A DNA stretch of 33,335 nucleotides, taken from positions 1 to 33,335 of the forward strand of contig JBBAWM010000007.1 of the NCBI GenBank assembly GCA_040397175.1, read 5' to 3'. The position numbers were made by a program, and so were the translations under genes. Shown here piece after piece: positions 27,100 through 33,335 of the stretch; position 1 is the stretch's first letter; every line of letters begins with the position of its first letter. The DNA is from Candidatus Limnocylindrus sp. (GTDB lineage: Bacteria; Chloroflexota; Limnocylindria; Limnocylindrales; Limnocylindraceae). The notes beneath the pieces are model-generated. The model made no database searches. It was not told where the DNA came from and saw nothing but the letters and a program-made list of their open reading frames with translations.

Positions 27100-27698
27100 T
27101 CCAGCACGCCAGCAGGTAGGTCAATGCCCAACAGCTTGGCGAAGAACAGGGTTTGGTCAGGGGACCAACTTGCTTTGCAGGCTTGGCATTGGAAGCCGGC
27201 GTTCGGTGTCCACTTCAAAGCTTCTTGCCTGACTAGGTCGCCGCCGGAGTCTTGCCGGTAGACGATAGCTTTCCCGCAACTTGGGCATGGTGCGGTGATG
27301 TGCACTTGAGCTTTGGGGTCAATCAGGTTGATGATGGTTTCGCACCATGCATCAACTGTGGACGCTATGGCGGTGACTTTTTCGGTGTCCTGGGGACGCC
27401 ACGACGTGGCCGAGAGTGCGCCTAGCCTTTGCGGTACGCCGCGTTCTTTCGGATACCAGGCTTGGGTTTCGGAATCCATGTCGCCTAACAACTGGACGGC
27501 ATCAATCCACAGGGGTGGCAGGCTTTTAGCCGGCGTCCTGCTGTCGCCTTGGGTTCCCGCGAGGTCCGCTTGGAGTTGCCGATAGAGGCTTAAGGCCCAG
27601 CACGTTTTGTCGTGGTAGACAGCCATTCTCGGTTTGGTTAAACGGTCGACAGCGTGGGTGAGTTTAGTTCGTGCTGCCACGATGTTGCCGTCAGTCAT
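27096..27698 (-). CDS. Zn-ribbon protein, candidate late-gene regulator (200 aa)
   Basis: SLPPLWIDA and SWRPQD motifs, then CPSC...CQAC; last large early gene before the late promoter. Function inferred from position only. Confidence 0.7.
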   Translation of the reverse strand: MTDGNIVAARTKLTHAVDRLTKPRMAVYHDKTCWALSLYRQLQADLAGTQGDSRTPAKSLPPLWIDAVQLLGDMDSETQAWYPKERGVPQRLGALSATSWRPQDTEKVTAIASTVDAWCETIINLIDPKAQVHITAPCPSCGKAIVYRQDSGGDLVRQEALKWTPNAGFQCQACKASWSPDQTLFFAKLLGIDLPAGVLE

Positions 27699-27861
27699 CG
27701 GTTCTCATTTCGCTAAATATGTATGCCTTGGCTACTTCTAGCAGGCCCAAGATTTCAACCGTGTTGTATCGGGCTGGGGTCCGGATCTTGACTGCCATTC
27801 GTCCGTTCTCATCGATTAATCGGGTCAATGTCACTTCCATCGTGACCAGTGGTTCATTCAT
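27691..27861 (-). CDS. Hypothetical protein (56 aa)
   Basis: Hand-translated MNEPLVTMEVTLTRLIDENGRMAVKIRTPARYNTVEILGLLEVAKAYIFSEMRTDD; fills the gap with 8-nt overlaps at both ends. Confidence 0.7.
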   Translation of the reverse strand: MNEPLVTMEVTLTRLIDENGRMAVKIRTPARYNTVEILGLLEVAKAYIFSEMRTDD

Positions 27862-28066
27862 CCCAAACCCACTCGTAAGGCCCGAACACGATGTCTCGCC
27901 ATGCTTTCCATCGAATTAAACCGCCCGGGGCGCACAATTCGGTGCAGATGGCTTGCTGGGTAGCGTAGGTGTGGGCCTGGACAAGCGTCGGGTATCTGTC
28001 GGCCCATTCTTGACCGTCGTACACCCGCCACTCGCCAAAGCGGAACTTAACCGACCACCTAGCCAT
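27854..28066 (-). CDS. Hypothetical protein (70 aa)
   Basis: ORF track; overlaps both neighbours. Confidence 0.65.
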   Translation of the reverse strand: MARWSVKFRFGEWRVYDGQEWADRYPTLVQAHTYATQQAICTELCAPGGLIRWKAWRDIVFGPYEWVWDE

Positions 28067-28331
28067 GATCGCCGCCCGACATCATGTTTAGCAGTTCGCC
28101 CTTACCGGCCATGTCTGCGTGGCGGCGGGCGATCTGGCGCATCCGGCAGCCGGTGGCGGCGCATGGGTTTGCGAGGTCTAGTGCTTCAATTACCGCGTCG
28201 GCATCCGCGAGCCACGCGGCCCGAACCTCGTCGGGCTGCTCATCGAACGGTGGCACCGGGTGGAGTATCTGCCCGTACAACGCCTTGGCGATGCGGGTGC
28301 GCATTTCCGGCACGGTCTTCGGGTCGCTCAT
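28059..28331 (-). CDS. Hypothetical protein (90 aa)
   Basis: ATGA coupling at 28331; RTRIAKAL...WLADADAVIEAL motif common in mycobacteriophage small genes. Confidence 0.7.
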   Translation of the reverse strand: MSDPKTVPEMRTRIAKALYGQILHPVPPFDEQPDEVRAAWLADADAVIEALDLANPCAATGCRMRQIARRHADMAGKGELLNMMSGGDHG

Positions 28332-28402
28332 CGCCACCACCAGGCGTGGATCACCATGCCGGCCACAACGGCCACCACTGACGCCGCAATCACTTGATTC
28401 AC
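28328..28402 (-). CDS. Micro membrane protein (24 aa, MNQVIAASVVAVVAGMVIHAWWWR)
   Basis: GTGA and ATGA overlaps at both ends; one hydrophobic helix. Confidence 0.55.
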   Translation of the reverse strand: MNQVIAASVVAVVAGMVIHAWWWR

Positions 28403-28575
28403 TTGGCTTGTCTCCTGTCGATCAATCTTCCGAAATGCACGACACGGCCCGGGAGTGGTTCTGCCGGCTGGATGGTGTTCGTACACAGGTGCTTGATGCG
28501 GGCGGCGCAGATGTCGCAAGTCCACCCGAGTGCCGTCTGGACGCGGTCATCGGCTTCGTCAGCGATCCACTTCAT
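28399..28575 (-). CDS. Small zinc-finger-like protein (58 aa)
   Basis: ATGA overlap with whiB; CDIC.A....C...H..R pattern. Confidence 0.7.
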   Translation of the reverse strand: MKWIADEADDRVQTALGWTCDICAARIKHLCTNTIQPAEPLPGRVVHFGRLIDRRQAK

Positions 28576-28805
28576 GCGATGCGCCGCATTTTGCGTCTGT
28601 CGCGCTCCGAAACCCCGCCCCACACACCGAACCGCTCCCCGAACTTCAGGCTGTGTGTGAGGCATTCAGGGGCCACAGTGCAGCCTTTGCAGATGCGGAT
28701 GGCTGCCCGCGAGGATTTGCCCTTCTCAGGGAAGAACGTTTCCGGGTCTGTTTGGGCGCACACAGCTTCGCCCATCCAGGCCGGAACGTGGATATCAATG
28801 ATCAC
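28572..28805 (-). CDS. whiB: WhiB family transcriptional regulator (77 aa)
   Basis: W...AVC...DPETFFPEKG...IC.GC.V..EC...FGVWGGVSERDRR: four Cys and the GVWGG turn. Confidence 0.97.
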   Translation of the reverse strand: MIIDIHVPAWMGEAVCAQTDPETFFPEKGKSSRAAIRICKGCTVAPECLTHSLKFGERFGVWGGVSERDRRKMRRIA

Positions 28806-29035
28806 GCGGGGGTGTCTTTCTTTAATGCGGCTTTGATCGCGGAGCGGTGGCGGCGGGCGATGGCTCCGTAGTCGACGTGGTTGCAGCGCCCAAGCTCGTT
28901 CAGCCTTATGCCGTCATCGCCGCAAAACTCGCAGTGCGCGGTCATGTACTCGTCAGGTGCGGCATCGGGTTCGTCCTGCTGACCTTCAACTTCGGCCGGC
29001 AGTTCTTCGATCTCATCCCCGAAACGGTCACGCAT
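28802..29035 (-). CDS. Hypothetical Zn-binding protein resembling the C-terminus of actinophage replication proteins (77 aa)
   Basis: CEFCGDDGIR...CNH; overlaps neighbours. Confidence 0.65.
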   Translation of the reverse strand: MRDRFGDEIEELPAEVEGQQDEPDAAPDEYMTAHCEFCGDDGIRLNELGRCNHVDYGAIARRHRSAIKAALKKDTPA

Positions 29036-29192
29036 TTTGTCTGCCCCCCCTGCGCGCGATGCTTACGTAAGTTTCAAGATCAACGTAAGTAGTTCTCTGT
29101 AAGTCGCGTGCGTACGTGCGTGCATTGCTAAATCGAAAAGTGGTAAGCAGTGCTTGGGCATATGCTTGGGCATTGCTTGGAGCATCAGACAT
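29028..29192 (-). CDS. Short ORF across the iteron-like region (54 aa), possibly the out-of-frame linker of the initiator
   Basis: MSDAPSNAQAYAQALL...NARTYAR... from ORF 29028-29414; overlaps both neighbours by 8 nt. Confidence 0.4.
   Translation of the reverse strand: MSDAPSNAQAYAQALLTTFRFSNARTYARDLQRTTYVDLETYVSIARRGGRQNA
29121..29185. repeat. Iteron-like repeats, candidate replication origin
   Basis: TGCTTGGGCA at 29151-29160 and 29163-29172, TGCTTGGAGCA at 29174-29184, with dyads GCAGTGC, GCATATGC, GCATTGC and a further GCATTGC at 29122-29128. Confidence 0.6.
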
Positions 29193-29550
29193 CTTTGAAC
29201 TGCCTTCCGTTGCGGTTCGCCCACCGTGCAGCCGCCGCCTTCTTCGCCTTATCGCTTCGCCTTGTGGCTTCCTCGTTCGCCAGTTGAAACTCAGACCAGC
29301 CGTTGATGTCCCACCCGCCCGGTGCGGGACGCCACAGATCGTGCGCCACCAGTTGGGCGGCATCGGATGAGGTGGCACCGAACACCCGCAGCGCGGCCTT
29401 GGGCACGAATCCACCTAGGTTGTGGCGTCCCGAGTAGCACATGGCTTGGAGGTGGGCGACGATGGCGCGGTGCTGCCGGTCTTCCTGTAAGTACAGAAGT
29501 TTTGGATTGTCAAATATTGTGGTGTCCAGCCGAATCCACATCAGCCCCAT
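29185..29550 (-). CDS. Replication-initiator-like N-terminal DNA-binding protein (121 aa)
   Basis: WIRLDT...DNPK...YS......GFVP......LV...LW.....GW.I.GW.EFQ...RRS.KAKKAAAARW matches phage initiator N-domains; GGGGAG RBS. Confidence 0.7.
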   Translation of the reverse strand: MGLMWIRLDTTIFDNPKLLYLQEDRQHRAIVAHLQAMCYSGRHNLGGFVPKAALRVFGATSSDAAQLVAHDLWRPAPGGWDINGWSEFQLANEEATRRSDKAKKAAAARWANRNGRQFKDV

Positions 29551-29886
29551 CTATGCGCTCTCCCCTGTTGGTATGACGTATCCCAGGTCGTCCAGCCACA
29601 CCCATTGGGTGCGTCGGTAGTTCACGATCACGTCGGCCGGCTGGAACCGGGATCGCACGGACCATCCGTTGTCGAATGCGTGCAAAGGTCGTTCGGTGAC
29701 CACTCCGTGGCAGCCGGTGGTTCCCGAGCCGCACAAATGCAGGGCATTGGATAAGTCGTGTGCCCCGCCTTGGCTGCGGTTCTTGCGGTGATGCCAATTC
29801 GTGGCCGGTGCGACACCGCACAACTCGCACACACCTTGGGATCGGATACGCAGCAAGTCGCGCTGCTTCTTCGAAATGTGGGTCAT
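29551..29886 (-). CDS. HNH endonuclease (111 aa)
   Basis: CELC...HHRKNRSQGG....SN..HLCG....GCH. Confidence 0.9.
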   Translation of the reverse strand: MTHISKKQRDLLRIRSQGVCELCGVAPATNWHHRKNRSQGGAHDLSNALHLCGSGTTGCHGVVTERPLHAFDNGWSVRSRFQPADVIVNYRRTQWVWLDDLGYVIPTGESA

Positions 29887-29993
29887 GCGGGCTTCGCTAT
29901 CGGTGTCAGCGCCGAGTTTCCGATGGCTTCAAGGCCAGCTTTACGCATTTTTGGGTGCAAATGTGCGGCGTCATCGACGGGAAACCAGGACAC
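29883..29993 (-). pseudogene. Truncated N-terminus of a second replication-initiator gene (36 aa)
   Basis: Hand-translated MSWFPVDDAAHLHPKMRKAGLEAIGNSALTPIAKPA; GAGGAGG RBS; matches the 'WF.VDD..H.HPK...AG.EAIG' initiator start, then breaks off. Confidence 0.7.
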
Positions 29994-30707
29994 CTAGCCC
30001 TCCTCAGATAGAAGTTTGGTGACCATTGCAAGTACTTCCGGGTTGAGCTGACGCCGCAACGTAGCGGCAATTAACTCGGCACGGTCAGCCCGGATGGTGA
30101 ATGTCTTCGGGCGGAACCCGGCCTTGACGGCGGCGGCGTGGGCGCTTACTTCCCCGTCGAGCACCTGGGCGTGAAGGTCGGGGCGGTGCTTGCGCAGCCG
30201 GCGCAAAGCAGCGGATTCCCTATTCCCACTTGGCCTTTCATCAAAACAACCGTGTACATTGTACACGGTTGTTTTAGGGTCCGCTGCTATGCAAGAGGCG
30301 TCACGCATACAGTCCGGGTCACAGTTTTCGATACCTGGGCAGCCAGATACGAAACACTCATCAGCCCACTCGCTAACGCCACCTTTTGCTGCGTTCCGGT
30401 TCCCGGTGGGCGCACCTTCTGGCTGCTGCATTGCCGCGTCGAGCGCATCAATAAACGTTTGGTCAGCCCCGGCCGCGTAGCCCTTAATGTTCTTCACCGT
30501 GGTGTTCAGTCCGCGCGGTATCCCGCCAGTGACCCACTCCGCGAAGCTTTGCGGCTCACATGCCTTCCCAATGGGCGGCTCGTAGTGCTTCCACGCCTCG
30601 GCCTCAAGCACTTTCAGCAGTGCAGCCCTAGCCTTCGCAAGGTCGGGAACCTTCATGTTGAACGCCAGGATGGCGTCCTGTACTAGAGTCCAGTTGTCGT
30701 CAGCCAT
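29994..30707 (-). CDS. Uncharacterised protein coupled to the HNH-helicase (237 aa), possible C-terminal helical DNA-binding region
   Basis: Start reassigned to ATG 30707 (8-nt overlap with the helicase). Motifs SFAEWVT..IPRGL and GNRESAALRRLRKHRPDLHAQVLDGEVSAHAAAVKAGFR. Confidence 0.8.
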   Translation of the reverse strand: MADDNWTLVQDAILAFNMKVPDLAKARAALLKVLEAEAWKHYEPPIGKACEPQSFAEWVTGGIPRGLNTTVKNIKGYAAGADQTFIDALDAAMQQPEGAPTGNRNAAKGGVSEWADECFVSGCPGIENCDPDCMRDASCIAADPKTTVYNVHGCFDERPSGNRESAALRRLRKHRPDLHAQVLDGEVSAHAAAVKAGFRPKTFTIRADRAELIAATLRRQLNPEVLAMVTKLLSEEG

Positions 30708-32694
30708 GGTTGCCACGCAGGAACTTCGTCTGCTCACGCGCGTAGGTAGTGGCCTTCTCCAACTGCGTGATAGTGATGTTCTTGTTCGACTTCCACACGT
30801 CGAAAATCTGGCCCAACTCCGTATTGCAATCCCGCACAGAATCACGGAACGCGGAGAACTCTCCCGCCTTGACCCGCTGGCCAGCCCACGCATTCACCGC
30901 CGCAGTTTTGCTATTGATACGCGACTGTAGTTTGGCGAGCGGGTCGGAGGTAGGGGCTGGCGGGGGTGAGGGCGAGGTGAGGTTGAGCATGCCTCGCTCG
31001 CGGAGCTTGGACAGAAGCGAGAGCGTCTGCGTCGGTTGGCCGCCCATCTCCCTAGCGAGCGCGGCTAGTTCGGCGTCATGGAACTCGCCAGCCGCTGTGG
31101 TTCCAGAGAACGCGGCCTCGGCGCTTACGAACCTGTCTCGGGGGTCTCCCCTTTCCCCGCAAAGCCATTCACGGCTGAACAGCGCATCATCATCAATTCC
31201 ATACTCGTCCTCATCCAGCTTGGCTATCTCGGCCAACGCCTGTTGGTCCTCAATGTCAGCGGCGTAGGTCCGCATGTATTCGTCGTCGGGAATGTAGACC
31301 CAAGCGGTTTGGTCAGTGGCTTTCGACAGTGTTCGGACAACACGAATAACCCTGCCCACCGCTTGAATGAAGAAAAGTCGGGTGCGCGTCACGGTGGCGT
31401 AGACGAGCACCTGGAGCCGCGGCACGTCAACCCCTTCACTGATCTTGTAGACAGTCAGTACCCACTTGGCGTTACCGTCCGTGAACTGCTTATGCAGGTC
31501 GTAGCTGGGATCATGGCCAGAGCGTTTGCCGTTCGGCTGCTTGCGGCCATTGCCCGGCTTATGCGAGTCGGTGGCGTATTCCTGCGTGTAAACGTGAATC
31601 GGGCCACCAGATATCCGGTGCAGTAGATCAGCGCCGGCAACTGCGGCATTAGTGCTACTGAAGATGATGAGCCCACCCGCCGCCACGTTTTCCTCGCGGA
31701 TCAGATCAAGCTGAGCGTTGGACTGCTCCAACACCAACGGCAACCAGTTGCCCTGGGGATTAAGGACGTGACGACGAGCCTTACGTGCAACATCCTTCTT
31801 GCTCTTGGCGCTAATCTTGACGGTTACCTCGTCGGCGTCATCCTCCATCCACGTCACGTCGGCGTCGTACCGCTCAAATACGGCAGAGTTGACCGGAGGT
31901 GGCTTCATCGTCAATGCGCGGCCGTAGTTGTAGTCAGCCACGCACGAATCCGGCAGCATTGAAATCTCTTTCGTCCATGGACCCTCGGTGTGAACGAACG
32001 GCACTGGCTCTTCATCCGTGCGGAATGGCGTGGCCGACAAGCACAAGACCGACTTGATATAGGGCCTTGCTGCGATGAACGGAACCGACCACGCCTGCTC
32101 GTCGGCCAAGTGGTGAACCTCGTCAAGAATAAGCAAGCTATTTGGGTTTGCGCGGTAGAGCTGCGTGATGATGTGAGGATTGGCCGCCGCGAACGCGAAC
32201 GTCATAACAACCGCACCTACAGGCTTCTCACAGTCCGCGCAGATGGTCGCCCAACCATCGCCGTTGACCACGGCAGACGGGCAGATACCTACGGCATGAA
32301 GAGACTTACGCCATGATCCGGTTGAGTCTGCCTGCGGGACTAGGATGATCCCGAACTTCCCCTCCGCCTTCAATATTGCCGCCGCACAGAACGTCTTCCC
32401 CATGCCCGGGAATGCCGCGATTAGAAACCGCGATGCGTTAACGAACTGGTATTTCTCCAGAACCTCACGTTGCCAGCCCAAAAGCTCAATGCCCACCTTG
32501 TTGCCTTTCTTCAAATTGCATGGAGGGCAGAGTGCCTGCCCGTTGATTACGTCGGTAATGCCGTTTTTTGAGTACGGATTGACGTGGTCGCCGTGCCATC
32601 CCGGCTCCAACTGGATCCCGCACTCCTCACACTTGCCATCTGCGGCCAGATACATCGCGGCCCGTTCGCTCTTGTTGAATCGGCGGCGGTTCAC
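30700..32694 (-). CDS. HNH endonuclease fused to SF2 DExH helicase (about 664 aa)
   Basis: N-terminal CEEC...GDHVNPYSKNG.T...NGQALCPPCNLKKG; helicase motifs LLGWQ, AFPGMGKT, LILDEVHH, LSATPFR, ISEGVDVPRL, FIQAVGRVIR. Start GTG 32694 by GTGA overlap. Confidence 0.92.
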   Translation of the reverse strand: MNRRRFNKSERAAMYLAADGKCEECGIQLEPGWHGDHVNPYSKNGITDVINGQALCPPCNLKKGNKVGIELLGWQREVLEKYQFVNASRFLIAAFPGMGKTFCAAAILKAEGKFGIILVPQADSTGSWRKSLHAVGICPSAVVNGDGWATICADCEKPVGAVVMTFAFAAANPHIITQLYRANPNSLLILDEVHHLADEQAWSVPFIAARPYIKSVLCLSATPFRTDEEPVPFVHTEGPWTKEISMLPDSCVADYNYGRALTMKPPPVNSAVFERYDADVTWMEDDADEVTVKISAKSKKDVARKARRHVLNPQGNWLPLVLEQSNAQLDLIREENVAAGGLIIFSSTNAAVAGADLLHRISGGPIHVYTQEYATDSHKPGNGRKQPNGKRSGHDPSYDLHKQFTDGNAKWVLTVYKISEGVDVPRLQVLVYATVTRTRLFFIQAVGRVIRVVRTLSKATDQTAWVYIPDDEYMRTYAADIEDQQALAEIAKLDEDEYGIDDDALFSREWLCGERGDPRDRFVSAEAAFSGTTAAGEFHDAELAALAREMGGQPTQTLSLLSKLRERGMLNLTSPSPPPAPTSDPLAKLQSRINSKTAAVNAWAGQRVKAGEFSAFRDSVRDCNTELGQIFDVWKSNKNITITQLEKATTYAREQTKFLRGNHG

Positions 32695-32849
32695 TGATCC
32701 CCCTGTGTTTTGCATTCGCAGCGAATGGAATGGTCGTCAACGCCGTAGCATTTGCCGGTATCGCCGTCATGCTTCAGCACGAAGTGTCCGCACCGGCAGA
32801 CGTTGAACGTTCCGCAACTGATTAGGTTCTGCCATTCTTTGTCGGTCAT
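32691..32849 (-). CDS. Small Cys/His-rich protein (52 aa)
   Basis: Hand-translated MTDKEWQNLISCGTFNVCRCGHFVLKHDGDTGKCYGVDDHSIRCECKTQGDQ; 4-nt overlaps at both ends. Confidence 0.7.
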   Translation of the reverse strand: MTDKEWQNLISCGTFNVCRCGHFVLKHDGDTGKCYGVDDHSIRCECKTQGDQ

Positions 32850-33199
32850 CGAACCTTCTCCAACTCAATTTCCGATTTGACCAAAGACCCCACCGACCTG
32901 CCGACATCCACTGACCCTTCGACAGCCCGGATCTGTGCCCGCTTATCCCGCACCGAACAATCAGCCGCTTCAGCCGCCAAACGCTCCACATGGGTTTGTT
33001 CCGTGGCAACGTATTTGCGGATATCCATAGACCCTTCAGCGGTCAGGAACGCCCGGGCGTACGCCATCACGTAGGTTTCGCGTTTCTCCACTGCTTCGCG
33101 GTCAAGCTGACCCAAGGCTTGAGTCAACGAATCCATTTCGCGGGATAGCTGCGCCAGCCTTGCGGCGACACCCGACAACGTGACTTCGTATTCAGGCAT
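32846..33199 (-). CDS. Hypothetical helical/coiled-coil protein (117 aa)
   Basis: ORF track; TGATG overlap upstream and ATGA overlap downstream. Confidence 0.75.
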   Translation of the reverse strand: MPEYEVTLSGVAARLAQLSREMDSLTQALGQLDREAVEKRETYVMAYARAFLTAEGSMDIRKYVATEQTHVERLAAEAADCSVRDKRAQIRAVEGSVDVGRSVGSLVKSEIELEKVR

Positions 33200-33335
33200 C
33201 AGTTGTCACCCCGGCGTGCCTGCACTTCATCGCGGGACGCCACACCTTTGCGGGTATCAGCGGCCAACACCGCCACAATGGCTCTTCCCCAGGCTGAGGT
33301 TTCCGCGTTCTGGATCTCCGAGTCCCGCGTATACG
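33199..33335 (-). CDS. 3' end of a putative ssDNA-annealing (Sak/Rad52-like) protein, partial
   Basis: Hand-translated YTRDSEIQNAETSAWGRAIVAVLAADTRKGVASRDEVQARRGDN*; the 'NAETSA.GRA...ASR.EV' motif recalls phage annealing proteins. Confidence 0.5.
   Translation of the reverse strand, partial: YTRDSEIQNAETSAWGRAIVAVLAADTRKGVASRDEVQARRGDN

Noticed and set aside
29121-29185. Short repeats as a CRISPR mini-array
   Set aside because: Units are 10-11 bp with 1-2-nt gaps, no spacers and no cas genes.
30708-30893. Extended N-terminus of the 299-aa ORF
   Set aside because: It would overlap the helicase by about 190 nt; ATG 30707 gives a normal 8-nt overlap.
30700-32694. Helicase as a type I/III restriction subunit
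   Set aside because: No methyltransferase or specificity gene adjacent, and the nuclease is an N-terminal HNH rather than PD-(D/E)xK.
10323-32806. Long + strand ORFs (e.g. 10323-11042, 12596-13222, 23603-24385, 28084-28836, 31078-31626)
   Set aside because: All lie opposite well-supported minus-strand genes and show no motifs; expected in high-GC DNA.
1-33335. Lysis cassette, integrase, repressor, tRNA, intein or intron
   Set aside because: No supporting motifs found by eye; terL and portal are normal length. Lysis and immunity genes probably lie outside the window.

Overview
This window is a contiguous 33 kb piece of a siphovirus genome of mycobacteriophage type (WhiB, mycobacteriophage-style tape measure and minor tail genes). 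It is either a prophage or a circularised assembly, because it reads through the likely cos region. All credible genes are on the minus strand. Reading in transcription order (33335 to 1): a recombination/replication region (partial ssDNA-annealing-like gene, an HNH nuclease fused to an SF2 helicase plus a coupled partner gene, a truncated initiator stub, an HNH, a split replication initiator with iteron-like repeats, WhiB, small genes, a Zn-ribbon late-regulator candidate); a late promoter with a leader terminator; small genes; packaging HNH, cos region, TerS, TerL, an Sm/LSm-like small gene, portal, protease, HK97-fold capsid, neck genes, major tail protein, tail chaperones joined by a +1 (or -2) frameshift, tape measure, Dit, baseplate hub and an elaborate distal tail/adhesin module (Ig repeats, SGNH esterase, micro membrane ORFs, a low-GC two-gene insert). 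No integrase, repressor, lysin, tRNA or CRISPR was recognised. The best candidate for an undescribed system is the HNH-helicase plus partner cassette (29994-32694). All family assignments come from motifs read by eye; no database searches were run.
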